Assembly (NCBI GenBank): GCA_000004985.1
Contig: GG738849.1
From: Naegleria gruberi
Taxonomy: Eukaryota
DNA length: 64,000 bases
Strand: one strand, 5' to 3'
Shown in pieces: positions 11,326-21,282 of this stretch; within the stretch, counting starts at the first letter, position 1; every line of letters begins with the position of its first letter. The notes under the pieces were generated by a model. The model was not told the origin of the DNA. It did no database searches and saw nothing but the letters and a program-made list of their open reading frames with translations. Made by a program: the position numbers and the translations under genes.

Positions 11326-12093
11326 TTAGTCCTTCTTGGCCAACTTGAGATGCTTTCTGTGTTCTTGTGGAATAAAGTCCAAATTAATAGTATTCTTATT
11401 CTTGTCAGTGACAATATTTTCAGTGGAGGTAGTGGTGGAAGAAGCAGAGGAAGCACCAAAGACCTTCTTGTATTGTGGAGTACCCTTGAACAAGTACCAA
11501 GCACCGAAAGCCATCAAACCCAACATACCGAAGAGGGAAATGTAGGAGAAGACAGTTTCAAAATCAGCAGATTCAGCAGCTTCAACAAATTGAATAGTTT
11601 GATTGAAGAAAGTGGTGGAGAAGGTATCGTTTTCAACATTCAAATAAAAGACATCAACCATGACGGTATATTCACGGGAATCCAACATCTTTTCTGGAGT
11701 GAACTTGTAGGAGAAGGTAGCAGTTTCTTCTGGACCAACAGTAACGTTTTGGAGAGCACCAGTAAAGTTTTGAACAATGTAAGGTTGATCTTGATTCATG
11801 AGGAGGTAACCACGGATGAATTGGACGCTGAATGGAAGATCACCAGTGTTCAAGAAACCCAAAACGACTTCAGTTTCCTTGCCTAATTCAACAGTCTTTT
11901 GATCTTGATTTAACAATGCATATGGAACAACATCAGGTGAGGAAATGTATCCTTGTGTATCTTGTTCTTCAAGAATAGGTTCATCTTTAATTTCTTCCTC
12001 TTCTTGAGCTCTAATTCCTACGAAAAATAAAGTTGAGATGAGCAAAGCTCCTATCAAGAACAACACGGTGCGTTTTGTGTTGAAATACTTCAT
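11326..12093 (-). CDS. SSR1: Translocon-associated protein subunit alpha (TRAP-alpha/SSR1)-like type I membrane protein.
   Basis: The 255-aa ORF has a signal peptide, an acidic stretch (EEEEIKDEPILEEQD), a luminal beta-rich domain, a single transmembrane segment (YISLFGMLGLMAFGAWYLF) and a short cytosolic tail, which is the TRAP-alpha architecture. Confidence 0.5.
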   Translation of the reverse strand: MKYFNTKRTVLFLIGALLISTLFFVGIRAQEEEEIKDEPILEEQDTQGYISSPDVVPYALLNQDQKTVELGKETEVVLGFLNTGDLPFSVQFIRGYLLMNQDQPYIVQNFTGALQNVTVGPEETATFSYKFTPEKMLDSREYTVMVDVFYLNVENDTFSTTFFNQTIQFVEAAESADFETVFSYISLFGMLGLMAFGAWYLFKGTPQYKKVFGASSASSTTTSTENIVTDKNKNTINLDFIPQEHRKHLKLAKKD

Positions 12094-12408
12094 GATGATA
12101 TTGATGTATTTTTTTGTGTGTTATTACAATTTTTTTTTAAAGTGATGACGAGAAGAGAGTGCAAGCCAAAAAATGACTCTCTCTTCCTGCCTTCACAAGT
12201 ACACGTCATTTTATCACTTCCATGAGTGAGCTGCAATAAGCTGTGGTCACTTCAATTATTGGCAAAGCTTTGATATGGACTTGGAGAGTGATTGGTGGCA
12301 TTAAGAGGTTTTTCAAACTGTACTCACATGGAAAGTGCATTGGATTATAATTGTGTTAATATAAAGAGAAGGTTAGGAGATTTTGAAACATTACTTTATT
12401 GAAAGAAT

Positions 12409-13857
12409 TTACAATTCCAAATCATCATCTGGATCATCTTCTTCATATTCATCATCAGAATCAATGATAATGAATCCTTGATTTTGTTTTCTTTGCTCTT
12501 GTGGTGTCAAATTTGAATGGTTAGTGAGACCTTCCTTCATAAATGGCAGTTCAAGAGTTTCTCTAGCTCTCTTTTCCTTTTCTGTGAGGCCAATCTTGAA
12601 AGTTACTTGGTTTTCAATGTCTTCTTTTGTCATTGGTCTATCCATACGATTTTGTCTGGCCTTTTCCTTCTCTCTTTCATCAAAGGTATCCAAAAGTGAA
12701 AGTCCACTCTTTCTAACTCCTCCACTCATTGAGCTACCACTAGTATTATTGTGAGAACAATTTGGACCATGTACATGCTCCTCTCCAATAGTAATGTGTC
12801 TCTTTTCTCCAACATGTCTTTTAACTCCAGATTGTTGAGTGGTTGTCACATTTTGTTGTTGAGGCTTTTCCTCTTCTTCATCGTGATGCTTTTCACTCTT
12901 GACCTTCTTTTGTCTCTTGGCAATGAATGGATGCTTGACATGAGTCATTGCACCTTCATCATCACTAGTTGCACTGATTTTATAATATTCCTCATTGAAA
13001 AGTAATTTTCCTCCAAGTCTCAAACTATGAATGTCACATTTGAAATCAATTGCTGCAATGTTGAGTATTTTTTCTTCCAATTCTTCTTCGTCTTGATTTG
13101 ATCCTTCAACAGGGAAATAAAAAGTTTCATCTTGATCCATATCCTCTGAGGCAATAATTGAAATTATACCCTGAGCATGGAGTTTGTATTGTTCAACTAC
13201 ATTCTTTGGATGTGTATCTGTATGAACTACACTCACTACAGAACAAACTCTACTATCTTGAGAATTACTCAATTGAAGAAGTTTTTGTACAAGTTGGAAT
13301 GCTGGACTATCTCCAAACCAAAATGCAAGAGCACTCAATGAATTAATAACTACTATAACCTTCTTTTTCTTACTAGAATCCGATGATGACCATTGTGATG
13401 TCAAAATTGAATTAATATATTTGTACAAATCATTAGCCTTTTCAAAATCTGTTGAATCAACACGAATGACCAACTTGTCACTCTCATCAGTGGATTTTTT
13501 AAAAGTTGCATGATATCTATTCATATCCTGTTGAAGTCTTTTAGGAATTGCTTGTTTATAATCTCCAGCATCAATAATTAATAATCGTAAATCTTGTTTT
13601 TGATTTTTCAAAATATCATCCTCCGAGAGTTTGTTTGATTTAGAATTATTCTTTTGTGGTTGTTCATTTTCATCATCACTGTGATTATCATTCAACATTA
13701 AATCCTCTTCCAAACTGGCATTTGAAGTTGCTGATGAAATCACTCTCTTTACAATCTTATTCAATAGGAATGGAACATGTGATTTACTGTTGCAATTTCC
13801 AAGAATCAATAGGTTTGGATATTGTTCCGAGTGTAACAATAATTGTTGAAGAAACAT
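12409..13857 (-). CDS. ELP5: Elongator complex protein 5 (ELP5/IKI1).
   Basis: The C-terminus KEKRARETLELPFMKEG...QGFIIIDSDDEYEEDDPDDDLEL parallels yeast Iki1 ...KDQVALPFLEAQ...GGAIVYEYEKDDDYDEEDPYEDPF. A RecA-like core (KVIVVINSLSALAF) is also present. Confidence 0.7.
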   Translation of the reverse strand: MFLQQLLLHSEQYPNLLILGNCNSKSHVPFLLNKIVKRVISSATSNASLEEDLMLNDNHSDDENEQPQKNNSKSNKLSEDDILKNQKQDLRLLIIDAGDYKQAIPKRLQQDMNRYHATFKKSTDESDKLVIRVDSTDFEKANDLYKYINSILTSQWSSSDSSKKKKVIVVINSLSALAFWFGDSPAFQLVQKLLQLSNSQDSRVCSVVSVVHTDTHPKNVVEQYKLHAQGIISIIASEDMDQDETFYFPVEGSNQDEEELEEKILNIAAIDFKCDIHSLRLGGKLLFNEEYYKISATSDDEGAMTHVKHPFIAKRQKKVKSEKHHDEEEEKPQQQNVTTTQQSGVKRHVGEKRHITIGEEHVHGPNCSHNNTSGSSMSGGVRKSGLSLLDTFDEREKEKARQNRMDRPMTKEDIENQVTFKIGLTEKEKRARETLELPFMKEGLTNHSNLTPQEQRKQNQGFIIIDSDDEYEEDDPDDDLEL

Positions 13858-14186
13858 TTTTTTAATTCTTAAAATTTATTAATAATTTTCTTAGAACGTT
13901 CGTTACTAGAAGAAAAGTGCATTATTGAATTGTAAGAATGTTTGTTATTCAACTGTTATTACTGAGTAAGCTTGAACAATAGCATGAGTAATTTAGTATT
14001 TTAATATATTTTTCTCTTTATTCAATCATGTTAAAAAACACCCCATGATGAAGAATCTTTGAGTTTTTAATAATAATTTAGGTTAAAATTGTGTCGAAAA
14101 TTTAGAGTCATTCGAAAATGTATTGTTGTGTGGTAGATTAACTTGTTGGGTTATTTACTTTTGGGAGAGCTTTGAACCAACATAAG

Positions 14187-14800
14187 TGTACCACCATGAG
14201 AAACAAATGGCAACTATTAGAAGTGAGTCAATCAATTAAGTGAAAAATATTCAGCAGAATAAGCAAAAAAGTTTCAATATCAAACATTAAAGATAATTTC
14301 AAAACATACCTGGAGTACCAATCATGAAAGTCATCCAAGCAGCAACAGCAGCCTTCTTTGGTGGACCATCTGTATTTGAAAAAAGTAGTAATCATTTAAT
14401 GGTATCCAAGAAAAATAAAGTGTTGAGAATCCCAAGTAAATGTGGCAGGTTTGTCCATTGACATACATTAGAAAGATAAACATGAATAATAACACATTAA
14501 ACAGAGCATTAGAAGCACGAATAAACAAATGAAAGTTATTATTAATGTACTTACTGGTAAACATGACCAACTAATTATTGTCATCCACATGGAATTTAAA
14601 TGCACAAAAGAGGGTAGTAGTATAAAAAGAATCCCGTAAAGAAAGCGAGTTTTTGAAAGGTTTAGTCAATTGTTTATCCATAAGCAGCATGAATATTAAA
14701 GATATAAAGATAAGAAACATACTTCGTGGTGGTGGTCATGGGCATCATGTCCTCTTCTTGGCAAGTTTCTGGCAGCACTTCTAATAAATCTGTTGAGCAT
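14187..14800 (-). CDS. Small mitochondrial membrane protein, possibly a cytochrome c oxidase subunit COX7C/Cox8 homolog, in multiple exons.
   Basis: Exon 1 (14800..14723) reads MLNRFIRSAARNLPRRGHDAHDHHHE, a presequence-like segment. Downstream exons read DGPPKKAAVAAWMTFMIGTPG|VAICFSWWYTYVGSKLSQK*. Compare human COX7C ...[35 protein letters not shown]... The splice phase between exon 1 and the DGPPKK exon does not close with canonical GT-AG sites, so the exact model is unresolved. Confidence 0.35.
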
Positions 14801-15491
14801 CTTTTTTTTAAATGTTTTACAAAATGCAGAATAGGACGAAAACACTTTTGAAGCGGAATACTTTGAGAATCCTCTGTAGTTTTGCTTCTATGGTTGAGTT
14901 GAAGCTGTGTTTGATTGTGTGATTACCCGTTCAAACAAGGAGCCGAAATTATTGCCAATAACCACAAAAATTGGATTGATTTGGAATGAAAAACCGTAAG
15001 GCAACTAATTTCAATTGAAAAATGTATTAAGGATTCTCAAAATGTTTGTTATTATCTTTGTGTTGGTGTGATTCTTTCTCAAATTGCTTAATATTTAAGG
15101 AGAAATGACTTCTTAATTGAGAATTTTGATTGAGTCGTATCGTCCCTCCTTATTGATGGAGACTTATTAATTTATCACCGAATTGAGAACAAATTTTGAG
15201 GCAAACAATTGAGACACTTCTTTTCTTTCAGTTATTGAATGTTCTAATTGTTGAAAGTTTACAAAGATTTAATTTCTTCTTGTAAATAATAAGATAGTTT
15301 TTGGAATTTTCTATACTCTTGATAGAGTTGACATATTATCTATTGTTGAGCGAGTAATTGAAAAGCATGTGGCTATGAAAAATGTTCATAACTAATATAG
15401 AGATTAAAAATTAATTTAAAAATTAAATTAAAAAAATACCGTTACTTCGTGTCCTATTGAAGAACTGACAATATAACAACAAGAATAAAAA

Positions 15492-16259
15492 ATGGGTAAG
15501 AGAAGAAGAAAGAATAACAAAAAATCTAACGAAGATGAATCCCTTGATCAAAAATTGGAGGAAAGACTTTCAAAAACATGGTGTTATTATTGTGATAGAG
15601 AATTTGATGATGAAGCCATTCTTATTCAACATCAAAAAACAAAACATTTTAAATGCCCATACTGTCCAAAGAAACTTGTCAGTGTAAAGGGAATGAAAAC
15701 TCACGTACTTCAGGTACACAAGGAGAATATTAATTTTATTCCAAATGCTAAACCTGAAAGAAATACATTTGATTTTGAAATTCAAGGTATGCAAGGAATA
15801 CCAGATTATATTATTTTGGAAAGACAAAAGAAGTTGGAAATTGAAATTTTCGGACAATCAGACATTCAAACTGAAGGAGAACATTTACCTGGTTCAATCT
15901 TCTCCTCAGCAACAGATGAAACCGTAACTAGTAATAATAATTTAATTAATAATTCTCACCAAGATTCTGAACAAGAAGAAGATGCAGAAGAAGGTTCTTC
16001 AAATAATCAAGAATTTGAACCTGAAAATAAGAAGTTGAAATTAACTTCCGATGATAATGCCCAACAGCAACAACCATCATCTGTGTCCTTCTCCTTACAA
16101 AAGAAGTCTAAAATTTCAGCACCACCAACAATTTATAGTGCTGCTCCTGTTATTCACAAAAACTTACAAAGTGATATTTCCGCTACTATTAATGATATTT
16201 CTAAGGAATCAGGAGTTAATAATGAGGAAAGTAAGTTAAACGACAACACACAAATATAA
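15492..16259 (+). CDS. ZNF207: Zinc finger protein ZNF207/BuGZ homolog.
   Basis: The N-terminus [11 protein letters not shown]...[57 protein letters not shown] aligns nearly residue for residue with human BuGZ [57 protein letters not shown]. Confidence 0.85.
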   Translation: MGKRRRKNNKKSNEDESLDQKLEERLSKTWCYYCDREFDDEAILIQHQKTKHFKCPYCPKKLVSVKGMKTHVLQVHKENINFIPNAKPERNTFDFEIQGMQGIPDYIILERQKKLEIEIFGQSDIQTEGEHLPGSIFSSATDETVTSNNNLINNSHQDSEQEEDAEEGSSNNQEFEPENKKLKLTSDDNAQQQQPSSVSFSLQKKSKISAPPTIYSAAPVIHKNLQSDISATINDISKESGVNNEESKLNDNTQI

Positions 16260-16545
16260 TCAAAAAAGTCACTTCATCATCCTATCTTGTTTACAATGAT
16301 TCTCTTTCCATGGAAGAGAGAAGAGCATTAGACATGAATAATGACAGAAACTATTAGGCAATTCCGTAAGTTTTACTGAAAATTGATTCAATAAAGGATT
16401 GATGAATATGTGTACTTGCTCAATTTAATTGTCTTGCTTTTATTTTCACTATTCTTGTTTAATTTACTAATAAATAAATATACTAATTTCAAAATTAAAT
16501 TTTAATTAAATCCGATATGTTTTTTTTAATAATAAATTAATTTAT

Positions 16546-17098
16546 TTAAGCAATAGTAAAATTGAAAGAAACACAAGCAATTTCCTTGGTCTTGGAAGCG
16601 TCAGCATAGGCAGATGCAACAGTATTATAGGTTCCTGGGAAGGCGAATGATGGAATGGAATTTTGAATAGTGATGGCCTTGGTTCCTGGAGTGATTGGAC
16701 AACCACCAGAGACAGACTATTATTGTTTAAACTTTAATACACGAATCATGATGAAATACAAACCTTGCACAAATCATAAGTAAATTCAAACAATCTGACA
16801 CCTGATAAGTAAATATCAGCATACAAAATACCTGATGGAACAGTAGCAGATACGGTACCCTAGTTATGTGTCAATCAATGATTTTTTGATCATTAAATAT
16901 GATGATAATCAATTTACTTACGGTAGCAACAGCAACTAAAGTGTCACCAGCCTTTGGTTTGGCTGGAGTAATATCCAATGATTGTGGGAAGAAAACACCA
17001 TTACTCATACATTGTTTGAAAGGAGCTGGGTCTGCGCTAACCATCATTACAGTGGCAATCAAACAGACTAAGAGAATTGAGAGGATAATTTTGGCCAT
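16546..17098 (-). CDS. Secreted ML-domain (MD-2-related lipid-recognition, Npc2-like) protein in three or four short exons.
   Basis: It has a signal peptide (MAKIILSILLVCLIATVMMVSA) and reads DPAPFKQC...AKPKAGDTLVAVAT|GTVSATVPSG|SVSGGCPITPGTKAITIQNSIPSFAFPGTYNTVASAYADASKTKEIACVSFNFTIA*. Size, cysteine pattern and beta-rich composition fit an Npc2/Der p 2 fold. Confidence 0.45.
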
Positions 17099-17306
17099 TT
17101 TTTAAAGGGTTGTGAGGTGAAAAATCTATGCAAAATCCTTATCCTGACTTTTCTACTTTAAAAATAGAAGCAGAAATGGAAGAGCAAAGATTCTATTTCT
17201 ATTAAGAATTCTCCTTATGTGAACTAACCTAATTTTCAATTCTAATAAGTTTCCTAATCTTAGGATGGTTGTTTGATACACATGATTTTGAGAGTAATGA
17301 GTGTAA

Positions 17307-17377
17307 GCATTAGTAGTGTAACGGTATCATACCAGCCTTCCAAGCTGGTGACCCGGGTTCGACTCCCGGCTAATGCA
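17307..17377 (+). tRNA. tRNA-Gly (anticodon UCC).
   Basis: GCATTAGTAGTGTAACGGTATCATACCAGCCTTCCAAGCTGGTGACCCGGGTTCGACTCCCGGCTAATGCA folds as a cloverleaf. The acceptor stem is GCATTAG/CTAATGC, the anticodon loop is CTTCCAA and the T-arm is GGTTCGA. No CCA is encoded. Confidence 0.9.
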
Positions 17378-17588
17378 ATAATTTTGTTTTTAAACGATGC
17401 TGGTTTGGATTTGTTCAAAATCGAAAATTTTTTGGCCAAGAATGCCACAAGTTGAATTAGAAGACCATTTCCCGTTTTTCGCCTGCGCCGATACTGAAGG
17501 GTCTGAGAATCGGGTGGAAGGGATATTGTAAACAGACTAGAGTTCTGATCAAGTTCTGTAACTTTTAGTTAAATTTATCTTCAAAAAA

Positions 17589-19308
17589 ATGGGTCAATCT
17601 CAAGAGAAAAGTACAAACACATTTTCAAACACTGATTCAAACAATAATATTGATGAAGTGGATGAATTGGAAGAATTAGATAAAATGATTAAATTGGACG
17701 GCTACACTCGAGACACTCCAACACCAGTAATGGATCCAACACTTTCAAAATTATTCCTCGGAGCAAGTAAAGGTAATTTTGATGAAATTCTCAAAATGGA
17801 TCACTCAGAATTGGAGCAATATGTGAATACAACAAACGATGGGGGTGTTACATTGTTATATCTGGCTTGTGAAAATGGAAGGGAAGATGTGATTAAATAC
17901 TTGTTGGCTGTGAAGGGATTGGATGTCAATTTTTTAGTGAGTTTGTTTTTGATAAGCAGTATTTAATGTTTGAATTTTGTCATTCAATTGAAGGAAGTAT
18001 GTAATTTTATATATTTGAATGGTTTCGAATAATGAAAAAGGGAGTAAGTAGTTGAATTACAAGAAAGTTTTAATTTTGTTTAAATACAGTTTGTAAGTAT
18101 ACATTTCTATGTGTTGTTCAGTAATTGAAAAATGAATAGTATGAGGTTGGTTTTTAATTTTCTATTTTTGGTAATTATTATAAAAGAAAAAAACAGTAAG
18201 TTGTAAACAATCAATTATTCTGATCCAACGAATATCTCTCTTTAGAAAAGAGATGGTGTAAGTTACATTTATCGAATCAATTCTTTTCTGAATACATTCA
18301 TATAGCTTGTAAGTATTTCATTTAAAGTTTAATTGGTTGTGAATAACTATTGTTAGGGAGTAAGTATACTTTTCAGTTATTGATATTTATTGTTATAACA
18401 ATATTGTAGAGTGTAAGTTAATAATATTAAACAAATTGTTGTAAAAATTCCAAATATAGAGTGTAAGTCAATCCTAAATTGTATAATTTTTTGATTAAAC
18501 TCTATTAATTCAGACACCTCTATTTGTTTCATGTAAACTTGGGAAAGTAAATATTGTAAAGTTATTGCTTCAAATGCCAGGAATTCAGGTAAATGAGGGC
18601 TTAACATTCAGTTCAGTATACTTGGACTCGTGTGGTCATGTTACAACCAGTCCACTCTATGCTGCATGTCAAGAAGGTCATTTGGAAATTGTAAAATTAT
18701 TATTGGACACTAAATCTATTGATCCTTATCGTGGAGAAGTTCATGATGCTGAAAATGCAATGTCATGTCTTGGAATTTCTATTTACAATGGAAAATGGGA
18801 AATTGCTTCCTTAATACTGAAAAGTATGACGTGTTGTGGTAGAAAGAAATCAGTTTTAATATTTAATAGGGATCCAATATCTGAAATTCTACTTGTATGC
18901 ATGAAAGGAAATGTTCAATTTCTGAAAGATTTATTGGAATCTAAATTGTTTGACCTTGATCACTGCGTAAGTTTCCCCATATTCCATGGAAATTATTCAA
19001 ATATGAATTAGTTTCCTTTGCATTTCTGTATTAAAAATAATGACAAGATTATGGCTAGCTTATTAATTGAGAATGGAGCTTCAACAAGTTTGAAATTTGA
19101 AAGATCAAAAGGATGTGGATATCTATTGTACAGTTTTTGTGGAAGAACATTTGATGATTTTGTAAAAATTAAGGATGGCAAGACTCCAATTGAACTGGCA
19201 AAGGAATTGAGATTTGATATTGGATCCTTGATGGGTGGAAGGTTGAAGAATAATTTGGGTAAATCATTTGACGCATTAAATGATGTCACTATTCAATTTA
19301 AAGAGTAA
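17589..19308 (+). CDS. Ankyrin-repeat protein with an N-terminal MGQSQ (possible N-myristoylation site). There are four exons; intron 1 (17937..18513) is unusually long and carries a GTAAGT tandem array.
   Basis: Exons read ...GGVTLLYLACENGREDVIKYLLAVKGLDVNFL | TPLFVSCKLGKVNIVKLLLQMPGIQ | SPLYAACQEGHLEIVKLLLDTKSIDP... | FPLHFCIKNNDKIMASLLIENGA.... These are ankyrin consensus segments (TPL..A...G..EIVKLLL). Confidence 0.7.
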
Positions 19309-19383
19309 ACTTTGGATCTTTACAAAATTTCATTTTATTTCAATTAAATGTACATTATTTACAATATTTATTTACAATTCAAT

Positions 19384-20568
19384 TTACCAAATATTTGGAT
19401 CAGTGTTAGTTTCTAAATCTTTCAATTTGGAAAGTATTGTAATAATTTGGTTACTGACGTATTGATGGAAGGAAATGGCTTTGGTAATTTCAATATCAAA
19501 TGGTTCACCTAGTTGGGATTTGACTTGTTCAAGTTTAGTCAGTTTTTCAATGGATGGCTTGCAATTATTTAACTGATCGATAGCATTGGAAAGGGTTTCA
19601 ATGGATGGATTCTTCAAATCTTTGCATACATTTGAAAAAATTGGGCTAATACTAAAGATGGCATTAAAGAATTCTAATTTTTTAAGATTCTTGGAAGTAT
19701 TATCAACGTGCCTAGAATGAATATCTCTTGTGGATCTTGTATCACGGTACTTGCTCAATAATTGATGAGAAATTTCCAATGAGTTAATAAGTGATTGACA
19801 TGTTTGTGAGAAGGTTTCATTGTTTGAATATGTAGAACTGCCAATAATTGAAAATTTGTGACTACCAGAATTGATTAATTGTTCAATTTGAGAGATAAAC
19901 TTTTGAGCATCTTGATTATGTTGAATGATTGTTGGCAATTCTCTCTTCATTGGTTCGTAGACGGTGGCAACGTGAACTGCTAGACTAAACAATTTTCCAA
20001 TGAGATTAATGATGTTATCGTGATCAACTTTCATATCCTTTGAGATTGGTTTAAATAATGTCAAAGGTTGTCTGTATCCATGAATTTGTTGTGACACAAG
20101 TCTGTGATCAACTGAAGCCAAAGTATTAAATAATTCATATTTCTTCAGGAATGGAATATCAAAATTCTCTGTCAATTCCATCAAATCAATAAATGATTTG
20201 CAACTTGTATGAAATTCATTCAAATTATTCTTGAAATTTTCTACACTTTTTGGATATCTATCAAATTGAGAAATTACTTCTTGTAACTTCTTTATCAAAT
20301 CCTTTCTTTCTTGTCTCAACTCTGGATATTCAGAAAGATCAAATACATCCATCTGCTCCACCTTTTTAAATAACATTTCTCCCATCACTATAATTTCCTT
20401 CAAATTATTAAAATCACATTCATTGGTCTTTTTAATGGCTTGTTGAAGGAGAGCATTTGTTTCGGTTTTGTGTTTTTCAAATTTTTCTTTCACTGTCATC
20501 ACAACTCTTGTTGCCGATGATGATGATGGTGCTGATGGCGAAGGTTGCTGTTTGTAAGTAAAATTCAT
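19384..20568 (-). CDS. Hypothetical 394-aa protein with no recognised domain.
   Basis: A single long ORF with coding-like composition. Confidence 0.35.
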   Translation of the reverse strand: MNFTYKQQPSPSAPSSSSATRVVMTVKEKFEKHKTETNALLQQAIKKTNECDFNNLKEIIVMGEMLFKKVEQMDVFDLSEYPELRQERKDLIKKLQEVISQFDRYPKSVENFKNNLNEFHTSCKSFIDLMELTENFDIPFLKKYELFNTLASVDHRLVSQQIHGYRQPLTLFKPISKDMKVDHDNIINLIGKLFSLAVHVATVYEPMKRELPTIIQHNQDAQKFISQIEQLINSGSHKFSIIGSSTYSNNETFSQTCQSLINSLEISHQLLSKYRDTRSTRDIHSRHVDNTSKNLKKLEFFNAIFSISPIFSNVCKDLKNPSIETLSNAIDQLNNCKPSIEKLTKLEQVKSQLGEPFDIEITKAISFHQYVSNQIITILSKLKDLETNTDPNIW

Positions 20569-21021
20569 CTCTTATTTTCTTTGTTCTTATTTTTTTCAAT
20601 TTTGTTATTTTTAGATTGAAATTCTTTCGTGTTGTTCTTTGTGTGTTTTAAATCAAAAATTTGTGCTGTTGGGAATTGTCCATTTCTCTTATTATTGTTG
20701 AAGATGAAAGGAAAAGTGTTATTATTAAACTTGAGAGCTACGGAAGGGATTCCGTGTGAGTGAGGATGAACTTGTTTGAAAATGCTCAATGAGTTTGAAA
20801 GTGGAATAATCCTTTGCACAGTCAACAGAACTTGTTTACAAATGTTCATTAGTCTGGTGTGAATTGGAGAACGCAAGATAATGGTACAGGCAGAGGTTTC
20901 CAAAACAGGAAATACAAAAAAAATTAAAAAATGAACATCATCTCACATATCTTAAATATCAAATTATGCAAAATATAGGGAAAATAATGAATGTTGAGCT
21001 AGAAAATACAAAAATTTTTAC

Positions 21022-21091
21022 TCGAGTGCCGGGAATTGAACCCGGGTCGCCAGAGTGACAGTCTGGAATGCTACCACTATACCACACCCGA
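21022..21091 (-). tRNA. tRNA-Asp (anticodon GUC).
   Basis: The minus-strand sequence TCGGGTGTGGTATAGTGGTAGCATTCCAGACTGTCACTCTGGCGACCCGGGTTCAATTCCCGGCACTCGA has a 7-bp acceptor stem, the anticodon loop CTGTCAC and the T-arm GGTTCAA. Confidence 0.85.
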
Positions 21092-21282
21092 TTTTACATT
21101 ACATACACATTGAGTAATGAAACTAGTCTTATTACCTTAGTACCATTTATATTATGTTCTGTTATCTTCAATATTTACACCATTAACCAAGAAGGTGTTA
21201 TCGGGATAACATCCAATAAGCATTGTTTTTCTTCAATCAACCTTCTTGCTTGCATGAGAAAGGAATTGATGATTAGTTGAAA

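Noticed and set aside
14556-14572. A 17-nt micro-exon (TTGGTCATGTTTACCAG) flanked by AATTAG and GTAAGT in the COX7C-like gene.
   Set aside because: Including it does not produce an open reading frame into the conserved DGPPKK...transmembrane exon. The splice-phase problem of that gene stays unresolved with or without it.
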